Source of the DNA: Bacillota bacterium
GTDB lineage: Bacteria > Bacillota > Clostridia > Lachnospirales > Lachnospiraceae
NCBI GenBank assembly: GCA_023410575.1
Contig: JAEYPP010000083.1
Location: 149 to 64,148 of the forward strand
Reading direction: 5' to 3'
Length of the DNA stretch: 64,000 nt
Part shown: positions 41,801 to 50,398 of the stretch, piece by piece
How the letters are laid out: each line of letters starts with the position of its first letter
How positions within the stretch are numbered: the first letter of the stretch is position 1
The notes under the pieces: generated by a model
The model's input: the letters and a program-made list of their open reading frames with translations, nothing else
The model's database searches: none
What the model was told of the DNA's origin: nothing
Made by a program: the position numbers and the translations under genes

Positions 41801-42105
41801 TCTTCCATCGTTGCCTTTTCTTGGCATTTTAATAAGAACAATAAGCTCGCTACCACATGCTTACATGCTCCTTTTTCTTTTAGATGAGAGGGACATTTAC
41901 ATGTATAATCAAAAGATCCGTCATCTTTTTCCAAAATAGATACTTGATAGGTATAACTACCTTTAACTTGAAGTTTATATTGATTTGCTGCTTTTGAGAA
42001 AGTCGCATTGATAACACGGTTTGTCTTGTAATATTGTAAACCTCTAGAATAAACAATATCACTTGATGCTAAATTTCTGATCCCGTTTCTTGATAGTCGC
42101 AACAT
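38896..42105 (-). CDS. SNF2-family helicase with N-terminal SWIM zinc finger (B. subtilis YwqA-like)
   Basis: SWIM CKCPSHLKEKGACKHVVA. SNF2 motifs ADDMGLGKT and IDEAQFIKN. Helicase C motif QATDRVYRIGQ. Confidence 0.85.
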   Translation of the reverse strand: MLRLSRNGIRNLASSDIVYSRGLQYYKTNRVINATFSKAANQYKLQVKGSYTYQVSILEKDDGSFDYTCKCPSHLKEKGACKHVVASLLFLLKCQEKATMEEPKTPEEKKAYQVLDYFANQDDTKAEGEVFRVLPTIIIPAMLRHDNYAMLMLHVGNTHMYKVQSIKKFLTDYNGKENIVLGKDFKFIAGESEFDKTSTQLLDFLLEIFEIQEVIDKTSYSKIFAKHQIMLTKRMLEKFLSLMGSNPFRLELYQRKLDDIHYQKGNPNIAYELDVYDDRILLDYKEREPVVSLSEDGSLIYFNGNIYSPTQKFTRNYVPFYNTLGKDKKPLSFHGELKQRFLEEVLPKLHETMDIEIPEGLKSRYLQLPLQCIVYLDKLNNGIKAELKFKYGEYEFNCFESPRTEEYILIRQKEQEYEIMRLLEQMDFEPHSTFFLMKNDTSIFEFLTERMQELTSVCETYYSESFKKIGVRSTSNFHVGLRVSNDIDLLEMDIDTESIPKDELKAMFRSFQLKKKYYRLKDGSFIDLEDERIAKVSSMLEELNVSVKSLTAEPIKLSKNKAFYLEETLNHTDFIVEKNVHFEELIEHILNPIKKVYEVPDQIEATLRPYQKIGYQWLNSLADNNLGGILADDMGLGKTLQSIVYIAGKVNSHVEEHRKFLIVCPTSLVFNWQDEIETFAPFLNALVITGNPQERQTLIESYEQYDILITSYPLMRRDVRHYQKITFNTVFIDEAQFIKNASSQNAISVKQLESKHRFALTGTPIENSLSELWSIFDFIMPDYLMTHSKFVNRYEKQILKEDSEALNNLNKRIHPFVLRRMKKDVLDDLPEKIEEKIVTEMTEEQKKVYLSYLSEIRSDIFSEIQTKGIERSQMKILAALTRLRQICCHPSTFIENYNGGSGKLDLLLEVIEEAMANDHRILVFSQFTSMLKIIEEELQKVGIHYFYLEGSTPITERNDYVKRFNSGEGDIFLISLKAGGTGLNLVGADTVIHYDPWWNPAVEEQATDRVYRIGQKNNVHVIKLLTKNTIEEKIFKLQRKKKELSDAIIQSKEVFINTLTKEELEEIFR

Positions 42106-42220
42106 AAATGTTACTTCCTCCTATGTTATTCTATCCATGAACCTTGAATTCAAGTTCAATCAGTATCTTATTATTATATCACATATTGCGAAATAAACTA
42201 ATATTTTTTTCAATGTTTTG

Positions 42221-44653
42221 TTAAAGAAGCTCGTGTTTTATTACTGCTTTTAGTTTTTTATATACGAATAATGCAAGAACACGTACTTTTTGGAGTGCAA
42301 TCGTAACATAACGAAATACTGCTTCTGATGCAATGACAAACACAATGAGTAACATAGTTGTTTTTGTAGAAATATCCGAAATGCTGAATAAATGAGACAT
42401 AAAAACACTACAAAATAATAGTCCAAACATCATTGATATAATAATGATTCTTCTCCAACGATTCAATGGTTTGCTAATTCGATACAAAATCATAAAACCA
42501 ACAAAGGACATTAATAGTGTGCTAGATGTTGAGATTTCGGTTGCATTTAGCTTAAATTCAGCACCAAAAATAACAATACTACTTACAATGATAAAATCTG
42601 TTAAGCCAGCTGGAAATGCTTTAAATAGTACATTCGACATAAATTTACCTTGAATTGGATTTTTATTATTTTCTAATGCTAAGAAAAATGCAGGAATTCC
42701 AATCGTAAACATACTAATTAATGAAATCTGGGATGGCTTTAAAGGATAATTTACCATGAATACAATGGAGAAAATCGCCATTAGGAATGAGAAAATATTC
42801 TTAACTAAGAATAAGCTCGCAGATCGTTCAATATTATTAATAACTCTTCTACCCTCTAGTACGACCGAAGGTAAACAAGCAAAATTAGACTCTAACAAGA
42901 CAAGCTGAGCGGCTTGAGCAGCGACATCACTACCAGATGCCATCGCTATGCTACAATCCGCATCTTTTAGAGCCAAAACATCATTTACACCGTCTCCAGT
43001 CATAGCAACTGTATTCCCTTTATCTTTTAGAGCTTGTACCAATTGACGTTTTTGATTTGGTGTTACACGACCAAACACGGTATATTTTAGAACTGCGTTA
43101 TCAATCTCTCTTCTTGTTGTTAGTGTCGTTGCATCAACATAATTCTCTGCATTTGCAATTCCAGCTTCCAATGCAACCTTAGAAACGGTAACAGGGTTAT
43201 CCCCAGAAATTACTTTGATTTCAACTTGCTGTTCTGCAAAATATCGAAATGTCTCCTTTGCTTCCTTACGAATTGGGTTCGACAATAAAATCAAACCAAG
43301 TGGACGGACTTTGCCCACCAATGCTTTTCCATCAATAATTCCATCATATAAACCAAACACAAGAACTCGATAACCAGAACTACCGTACTCATTAATGATA
43401 TCCGAGTATTGATCAAATTGTTCTCTTAGGACAAATTCTGGTGCTCCTAAGACATAAACGCCATCCTCAAAAGTAGCGCTACTGTATTTTGTCGCAGAAG
43501 AAAACGTAGTAATATGAATTGGGTTCCTTCCTACTCTCTTAACATAATACTTGGATAACGCATTCATTGTTTCATTATCATTGATCATTCCATAAGTAAA
43601 ATCCCCAATCAATAGCTCTAAGGAAGGCATCGTATTAGAATCATAACCATTTAACTCGATTGTGTTTGCTACTGTCATCTTGTTCTCAGTAATAGTACCT
43701 GTTTTATCGACACATAAAATATTAACTCGTGCTAACGTTTCAATACATTTCATATCATGCACAAGTACTTTCTTGCGAGCTAATCTTTGTACACTAACTG
43801 CTAATGCTGCACTTGTTAATAAGTAAAGACCTTCTGGAATCATTCCAATGATGGCAGCAACTGTTGAAGTCACACTGTCCTTCATCGATAAATTCAAATA
43901 ATGATGTTGCTGGATATATAAGATAATACTAATTGGAATGATTAAGATACCAACGCCCTTCACAATTACATTTAAAGAACGAATCATCTCCGATTGTTCT
44001 TTTGTATCCATTGTTTTCGCTTCAAGCGTTAATTTAGAAGCATAAGAGTCCGCTCCGACATGAGTAAGCATAGCATGACATCTTCCGGATACAATATAGC
44101 TTCCTGAAAGTAGGGAATCTCCTACTTTTTTTGTGATTTCATCCTGTTCACCTGTAATCAATGCTTCATTAACACGTACTTCTCCTTCCATAACAATGGC
44201 ATCTGCACTTATTTGATTACCAGCACTAAACAAAACGATATCATCTAGCACTAAATCTTCAACTGCAATTACCCTTTCACATCCGTTACGTATTACAGTT
44301 GCTTTTGGTGCATTCAGAACTGATAATTTATCTAATGTTCGTTTGGAACGAATCTCTTGTATTATACCAATTAAAGTATTTGCAATTATGATTGGTAAAA
44401 ATGACAAATCCCGAAAAGAAGATACCATAACTAAGAAAACAGTTATAATAGCAAAGATTAAGTTAAAATAAGTACAAACATTACTAAAAATAATTTCTTT
44501 TATAGTCTTAGAAGGTGATTCAACTGGCGCATTGGTACAGCCTTGCTGAATATGTAGATTCACCTGTTCTGTACTTAAACCATAGCTAATATTGGGGTAA
44601 AATCTTTCCACTTGCTTAACTGAATTTTTACTTTTGCTTTCCAATACATCCAT
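42221..44653 (-). CDS. Cation-translocating P-type ATPase (P2-like, PEGL motif)
   Basis: CVDKTGTITENKM, TM4 IPEGL, TGDGVNDVLALKDADCSIAM, ~10 TM. The start is uncertain: ATG 44653 (MDVLESK) or the track start 44725. Confidence 0.85.
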   Translation of the reverse strand: MDVLESKSKNSVKQVERFYPNISYGLSTEQVNLHIQQGCTNAPVESPSKTIKEIIFSNVCTYFNLIFAIITVFLVMVSSFRDLSFLPIIIANTLIGIIQEIRSKRTLDKLSVLNAPKATVIRNGCERVIAVEDLVLDDIVLFSAGNQISADAIVMEGEVRVNEALITGEQDEITKKVGDSLLSGSYIVSGRCHAMLTHVGADSYASKLTLEAKTMDTKEQSEMIRSLNVIVKGVGILIIPISIILYIQQHHYLNLSMKDSVTSTVAAIIGMIPEGLYLLTSAALAVSVQRLARKKVLVHDMKCIETLARVNILCVDKTGTITENKMTVANTIELNGYDSNTMPSLELLIGDFTYGMINDNETMNALSKYYVKRVGRNPIHITTFSSATKYSSATFEDGVYVLGAPEFVLREQFDQYSDIINEYGSSGYRVLVFGLYDGIIDGKALVGKVRPLGLILLSNPIRKEAKETFRYFAEQQVEIKVISGDNPVTVSKVALEAGIANAENYVDATTLTTRREIDNAVLKYTVFGRVTPNQKRQLVQALKDKGNTVAMTGDGVNDVLALKDADCSIAMASGSDVAAQAAQLVLLESNFACLPSVVLEGRRVINNIERSASLFLVKNIFSFLMAIFSIVFMVNYPLKPSQISLISMFTIGIPAFFLALENNKNPIQGKFMSNVLFKAFPAGLTDFIIVSSIVIFGAEFKLNATEISTSSTLLMSFVGFMILYRISKPLNRWRRIIIISMMFGLLFCSVFMSHLFSISDISTKTTMLLIVFVIASEAVFRYVTIALQKVRVLALFVYKKLKAVIKHELL

Positions 44654-44930
44654 AAGACTATATTTTCTCCTTTTGCAAATATCTGAATATTCTATATAAT
44701 ACGATATGATACCATATTTTTTCAAGTTATCATCGCATATTTATGGTTAAGATTTTATTAAAATTTAATGTATATTTATTATTAACCAATCATACTCACT
44801 ATAATTCTAAACTAGATGATTACTTATTAGAAAAAATGTTGATTAAATAAAATACAGGGCTCTTACTGATAATAGTTTCGTATTTTTCATTCTACATCAT
44901 GTAAGCGCCCACTTTTAGACTTCTTATACA

Positions 44931-46064
44931 CTAACCCTTCACTAGCTTACCTTCATACATCTTCTTTGCAATAATATTAATACCGAATGCCTTTTGATAC
45001 GCTTTTAGTCTTGGTAGCTCTTCTTTTGTTACAATTAAGATGTTTCTACCCATATTATCATTACGCCCAGTTCGTCCGGCACGATGTAGATAATCCATTG
45101 GCTCCTCAGGAATGCTTATATGAAAAACCGTATCCACCCCATCAAAATGCAAACCTCGTGCTGCAATATCTGTTGCTACAAGATAATTAATCTTATGATT
45201 CCTAAAGTCTTCAATTGCTCTTTGACGCTCTTTTTTATCCACTTTTCCATGAATACAAGCCGCTTTAAAATCGTGGTATAATAACTTTTGAGTTGTTTCT
45301 TCTACCTCAAATTGACCATTCACAAATACCATAACTTTTTTCCCTTTATTAATACGAGCAAGCTTACGAAATGTTTCTATTTTAGATCTTGCATCAGTGA
45401 TTACGTAAATATGCTCGATGTTCGTCGGTATTGTCTGCTTTTCTTCCGATTTAACAACTACTACATCCTCTGATATTTCTTTTGCTTCCTTAATGATTGG
45501 TGCTGGAATACTAGCAGAAAAGAAAAGTAACTGGCGGTCACGCATCGTACACTTGATGACCTCCAAAACCTTCTCCTTATTTTTCTTATCTAATAACTTA
45601 TCCGCTTCATCTAAGACAATAGTCTTGACATTGTGCGCCGCTATCTTCTTCATCTTAATCAATTCAAAGATACGATCTGCGGTTCCAACAATGATTTGAG
45701 GTTTTTCTTTTAGACGCTCAACCTGTCGTTCAATATTTACATTACCAAAGATTGATGTGACCTTCATAGCAATCCCTGCATTCTTAGCCAATAACTGTAC
45801 TTGTTTTTGAACCTGCATTGCTAATTCATAAGTAGGTACTAATACAATCACTTTGTTTGTTTTTTCAAGTTCTTTATATTTTTCAAACAATGGTACCAAA
45901 TATGCTAATGTCTTACCAGAACCTGTTTCTGATTGAACAATTAAATCTTTGTTATCTAATATATCTTGATAAACTTTTTCCTGTACCATAGTAGGCTTTG
46001 TTATATTTTGTTTTCCTAGCGCTTGTATGACAGCCTCATTTACATTTAACTTTTGAAAATTCAT
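44931..46064 (-). CDS. DEAD-box ATP-dependent RNA helicase
   Basis: Q-motif region, SETGSGKT, VLDEAD, SAS, HRAGRTGR. Confidence 0.9.
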   Translation of the reverse strand: MNFQKLNVNEAVIQALGKQNITKPTMVQEKVYQDILDNKDLIVQSETGSGKTLAYLVPLFEKYKELEKTNKVIVLVPTYELAMQVQKQVQLLAKNAGIAMKVTSIFGNVNIERQVERLKEKPQIIVGTADRIFELIKMKKIAAHNVKTIVLDEADKLLDKKNKEKVLEVIKCTMRDRQLLFFSASIPAPIIKEAKEISEDVVVVKSEEKQTIPTNIEHIYVITDARSKIETFRKLARINKGKKVMVFVNGQFEVEETTQKLLYHDFKAACIHGKVDKKERQRAIEDFRNHKINYLVATDIAARGLHFDGVDTVFHISIPEEPMDYLHRAGRTGRNDNMGRNILIVTKEELPRLKAYQKAFGINIIAKKMYEGKLVKG

Positions 46065-46229
46065 AGTATCTCCTATATCTTATCTTGATAGATTTAGGAA
46101 AAATAGTCTTTATTTTACCTAATCTATATGGAAAATGTTCTTTTTATATTCTTAACATAACTAGTATACTTGAAACAGGAAGAAATCGCAAAACATATCT
46201 AAAATTTCTTTCACTTTTAAAGAAAAATG

Positions 46230-47135
46230 CTATGGTGTCATTAATATACGTAAGAAATGATTAATCTCACGTAATAGGTGGTCTGCTAAAATAGGTAGAA
46301 TCAGGGACGAAACAAGACAATCATTAATCCCCTTTGTAACTCCTGCTTTATAATCCCGAAGCTCCATTACTTCATTCATAATCTCACTCATCAAAGAACA
46401 ATCCATACTACTCTCAAGAGTTCTTGCTGCCTCTACTAATTGACTCAATGATGAAGTAAACGTGTCCGCCTCTGAAATCAATTCTTCATAACCAGGGTCT
46501 AGCAATCCTCGGATTGTTGCAGCATGGTCCTTCATTCCTTCTAACCAGAACATCACCATATCTTGATGATTTTCTTTCACCATTCCATGATTGCCTAGTA
46601 TACTCTGAATACTCGATTGATACATAACTGCTTCTTTGATAATATGTTCAATTTGTGCAGGAAAATTATGCGTTGCCATCTCACAGCATATAATTTGGTT
46701 TAGTACCCACTTCTGAAACTCGATAAATTTCTCTAATAGGCATAGCGCATGCTGATTCATTTGTTCAACCTTGTCCTCTAGATTGCAATCCATGTCTTTT
46801 GTTTTTCTGTTGCAACTTGAGGCAAAGGCCTCTTGTAATCTTGTTACCTCAGCATTAATGCATAATCCGGTAAGTTTACGAGTTTTCTCCTCAGAACAGG
46901 ATGTAAATCCAGTAATTGCTTCGCCCGAGTCAATGACATCTCTTCCAATGACACCATCACTACATTCGATTACATTACATAGGAAGTCATCAAATTTCTC
47001 TTTAAACCACCTTGCGTCCTCAATGCACTGTTCATTTGCCTTCATAAAACCTGCCTCTAAGAAAAAAGCATGTTCTTTCATGATTCTCGCATAAAACATG
47101 TGTAATTCTAATGACGTTTGCACATAATCTTTCAT
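46230..47135 (-). CDS. DUF2935-like helical protein (function unknown)
   Basis: Duplicated helical modules with the F(Y/W)xRIMKEHAFFLE / FWLEGMKDHA pattern that I associate with DUF2935. Start moved to ATG 47135 (MKDY) behind AAGGTGG. Confidence 0.45.
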   Translation of the reverse strand: MKDYVQTSLELHMFYARIMKEHAFFLEAGFMKANEQCIEDARWFKEKFDDFLCNVIECSDGVIGRDVIDSGEAITGFTSCSEEKTRKLTGLCINAEVTRLQEAFASSCNRKTKDMDCNLEDKVEQMNQHALCLLEKFIEFQKWVLNQIICCEMATHNFPAQIEHIIKEAVMYQSSIQSILGNHGMVKENHQDMVMFWLEGMKDHAATIRGLLDPGYEELISEADTFTSSLSQLVEAARTLESSMDCSLMSEIMNEVMELRDYKAGVTKGINDCLVSSLILPILADHLLREINHFLRILMTP

Positions 47136-47281
47136 ATAAACCACCTTTATACATGGGCAGTTACTTGCATGATATAATAGAGGAGTAACCTATAATATGC
47201 ATGCTTAACAGCCCTATGCTTATTTTTGCTATTTCAATATATGTAGATAAAGGTCGTCCTATGATACATAGGAAATATGTG

Positions 47282-48370
47282 TCATTCGTACTTGATTTCT
47301 GGCATAGTTGTAGTATTCCAATCATCTGTTAAAAAGGTTTTTTCCGATTGCTTCCAATAAGCGAAGCCATCCTTAGAAAGGAATAATTCAAAGTTATATC
47401 CTCCCATCGTAGGTATAAAACAACTATAAAACTTTCCTGCTTTTTCAGTGCCATCTTTAAAAACAGCAGTTGCACTCATTTTATCTATGATTCCATACTG
47501 AACTGGACTTTCAAAAAGATCGATATAATCATAACCCTCAAGCGTCAACAAGGCTTTCATCTTATTTTGCTCTGATTCAGTAAAATTATCATTGAGTTGA
47601 TTTGCGTTTAAATAATTAACATCATTTTGTGTATATGTACCGTCTATCATAACATTAGCTCCAAATCCAAATTCTTTACCAATACCGATAACTCGAAGAT
47701 TATCACCTTCGACAACTAATAATATCAAACTTCTTTGATTAGCTACTTTCTCCTCATACTCAATTACCGCTTTTGTATCGCTAATAAAATAACCCTCTGT
47801 TTGTGATAACACTCCATTGTGAGAATAAAAAAATAGTTCAGCATACGCCTTAAAACTATCTTCCTTAACATCTGATATCGTTAGGGTTCCACTATAAGTA
47901 TTCATACAATTCGTTCGTTTCCAAGTTCCTTCAAATTTTCTAAACTCTTTGTTCGTTGTTTTGGAACTATGTAATAACTGTAGTTCTTCTTCTTTCACTG
48001 TATCAAAAACATAGAATTCCTCCTTCGAACTTTCTATATATTGATCAACTAGTAATTCAGCTTCTGATTTTGTTTTTTGTTCACTTGTTGACTCACCCAC
48101 TGGCTCATTTGTCGGCTCACTTGTCGGCTCACTTGTCGGCTTATCTACTGGCTTGTTTGTAGGTTCGATTGTTGGTTCATATGTTGGTCCATTTATCGGT
48201 TCACTTGTTACAATCTTATCTACTGGATCGAATGTTTGATATGTTTGATAACTACAGCCACTCAACAAAAAACAAGTACCTAGAAAACAAGTTATGAAGA
48301 ATCCTTTCCTTTTCCTATCTATCTCTCTTTTCCTATCTATCTCTCTTTTCCTATCTTTCTCTCTTTTCAT
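47282..48370 (-). CDS. Lipoprotein of unknown function with a Lys/Arg/Glu repeat before the signal peptide and a Pro/Thr/Glu linker
   Basis: MKREKDRKREIDRKREIDRKRKG, then FFITCFLGTCFLLSGCS (lipobox), an EPT/KPV/SEPT repeat linker and a ~260-aa C-terminal domain. Start set to ATG 48370 behind AGAGGA. Confidence 0.6.
   Translation of the reverse strand: MKREKDRKREIDRKREIDRKRKGFFITCFLGTCFLLSGCSYQTYQTFDPVDKIVTSEPINGPTYEPTIEPTNKPVDKPTSEPTSEPTNEPVGESTSEQKTKSEAELLVDQYIESSKEEFYVFDTVKEEELQLLHSSKTTNKEFRKFEGTWKRTNCMNTYSGTLTISDVKEDSFKAYAELFFYSHNGVLSQTEGYFISDTKAVIEYEEKVANQRSLILLVVEGDNLRVIGIGKEFGFGANVMIDGTYTQNDVNYLNANQLNDNFTESEQNKMKALLTLEGYDYIDLFESPVQYGIIDKMSATAVFKDGTEKAGKFYSCFIPTMGGYNFELFLSKDGFAYWKQSEKTFLTDDWNTTTMPEIKYE
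48314..48367. repeat. Three tandem 18-bp repeats in the 5' coding end of the lipoprotein gene
   Basis: cctatctatctctctttt x2 (identical) plus cctatctttctctctttt. On the coding strand these give KREIDR units. Confidence 0.8.
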
Positions 48371-48533
48371 ATCAGTCCTCTTTCTATTGTAAATTAATAG
48401 CATGTTTTGGCAGATTTAATAACAGATTTATTCTATCATGAAACATACTTAACCGCAATTATTTGAATAATAATAATTGTATTTCATATAAAAAAGTGTT
48501 ATGCTATTGATTTGTGAAGAAGAAAGGAACGAT

Positions 48534-50285
48534 ATGATAAAAATTGAAAACTTATCCTACTCATTTCCACAGAAGGATCTATATAATAATATTTCATTTA
48601 CATTAGAAGATGGGCAACATTGCGCCTTGATCGGCACAAGTGGTACTGGTAAGAGTACATTAATTGATATGATTATGAACCCTAATCAATACTTGTTTGA
48701 TGGGAAAATCGAGATTGCTCCAAATTGTCGAATTGGTTATGTTAGTCAATTTTCGTCGCTAGAAAAATCAAAAGAGGTTACAGTTTTTGATTACATTGGT
48801 GAGAAATTTATTAAACTTCAGCAAGAGATTCATGCCCTTTGTACCGAGATGGGAACCTCCACTGAATTGGAAGCTTTACTTGAAAAATATCAAGTAGCGT
48901 TAGATGCATTCCATGCAATAGATGGTGATAACTTTGAAAGTAATATTACAAAGAAACTTAATCTAGCCAACTTAAATAATTACGAAAATCAGCTTGTAAC
49001 CAATCTTAGTGGTGGTGAATTAAAATTAATTCAAGTAATCAAAGAAATGCTTACTGCTCCAGAACTCATGATTATGGACGAGCCCGATGTTTTCTTAGAT
49101 TTTGAACGTTTAAATTCCCTAAAAGATCTGATTAATTCCCACAAAGGAATTATGCTTGTCATAACACATAATCGATACTTATTAAATCATTGCTTTAATA
49201 AAATCATTCATCTAGAAGATAAGGAACTTCAAGAGTTTGATGGAAGCTATACAGACTATAACTTTTCTCTTCTAGAGAAAAAAATTGATTTACAAGAACA
49301 AGCAATTGCGGAACAAGAAGAAATTGAACGTAATAAAAAAATACTGGATAAACTTCGAGATGATGCGACCATTCATACATGTGCGGCAAAAGGTCGATCT
49401 GTTCATGCACGTGTTTCTATTCTCAAGCGTTTGGAAGCGAATAAAATTAAAGCTCCATTTGTCGATATCAAACAACCAAACATTCAATTACAAACGAATC
49501 ATCCATTGGAAAATGTCGATGATTTATTAGAATTAGATCACTACTCTGTATCCTTTGATGAATTGTTACTTAACAACGTTTCCTTCGAGCTAAAAGCAAA
49601 TGAAAAAGTTGCAATCATTGGAGCAAATGGAACTGGAAAAACTACATTACTTCGTGATATTTACAAAAACAATTGTGAAGCAATTCACTTACATGAAGAT
49701 GCTAAGATAGCATTTCTATCACAATTACAGGGTGAAATGTTGAATGAATCTAATACGATACTAGATGAATTCCGAGAAGTTTATGATCATCCTTTCGAGG
49801 AAGTGAAAGAATATCTTTCGAACTATGGTTTTGAAGAAGAAGTTCTTACTCAGAAAATCGAATCCTTATCTGGAGGTGAAAAGAATCTTCTCCAATTAGC
49901 AAAGATTTCAACAAGTAATGCAAATCTTTTATTACTTGACGAACCAACGAGTCACCTTGACACTTACTCACAAGCCTCTTTAGAACAAGCTATTCGTAAC
50001 TACAATGGTGCTGTTCTTATGGTATCCCATGATTTTTACACCGTTGTAAACTGTGTCGATTACATCTTATTAATCGAAGATAAAACAGTTCGTAAAATGA
50101 GTAGTCGTAAATTCAGAAAAATGATTTACGCAAACCATTTTGATAAAGACTATCTTGAACTGGAACAAAAGAAAAAAGAAGTAGAAACAAGAATTGAACT
50201 TGCCCTAAAGAAAACCGACTTTGAACTTGCTAGACAATTACTAGAACAGCTTGAGGCTGTAATAAATATGTTATCAAAGCAGTAA
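48534..50285 (+). CDS. ABC-F family ATPase (two ABC domains, no TM)
   Basis: GTSGTGKST / LSGGELK / IMDEPDVFLD and GANGTGKTT / LSGGEKN / LLLDEPTSHLD. Start set to ATG 48534 (MIKIENLSY) behind GAAAGGAA. Confidence 0.8.
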   Translation: MIKIENLSYSFPQKDLYNNISFTLEDGQHCALIGTSGTGKSTLIDMIMNPNQYLFDGKIEIAPNCRIGYVSQFSSLEKSKEVTVFDYIGEKFIKLQQEIHALCTEMGTSTELEALLEKYQVALDAFHAIDGDNFESNITKKLNLANLNNYENQLVTNLSGGELKLIQVIKEMLTAPELMIMDEPDVFLDFERLNSLKDLINSHKGIMLVITHNRYLLNHCFNKIIHLEDKELQEFDGSYTDYNFSLLEKKIDLQEQAIAEQEEIERNKKILDKLRDDATIHTCAAKGRSVHARVSILKRLEANKIKAPFVDIKQPNIQLQTNHPLENVDDLLELDHYSVSFDELLLNNVSFELKANEKVAIIGANGTGKTTLLRDIYKNNCEAIHLHEDAKIAFLSQLQGEMLNESNTILDEFREVYDHPFEEVKEYLSNYGFEEEVLTQKIESLSGGEKNLLQLAKISTSNANLLLLDEPTSHLDTYSQASLEQAIRNYNGAVLMVSHDFYTVVNCVDYILLIEDKTVRKMSSRKFRKMIYANHFDKDYLELEQKKKEVETRIELALKKTDFELARQLLEQLEAVINMLSKQ

Positions 50286-50326
50286 ATCTGTAGATTCAAA
50301 TATATGGTTCTTAACGCCTAGTTGTT

Positions 50327-50385
50327 CGTAGATAGAGACTGTTCACGCCTTTTATGGTATGTGATACAGTCTCTATCTACGTTTT
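50327..50385 (+). terminator. Rho-independent terminator of the plus-strand ABC-F gene
   Basis: Perfect 16-bp stem CGTAGATAGAGACTGT / ACAGTCTCTATCTACG, 23-nt loop (50343-50365), followed by TTTT. Confidence 0.7.
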
Positions 50386-50398
50386 GTATACTTAATTT

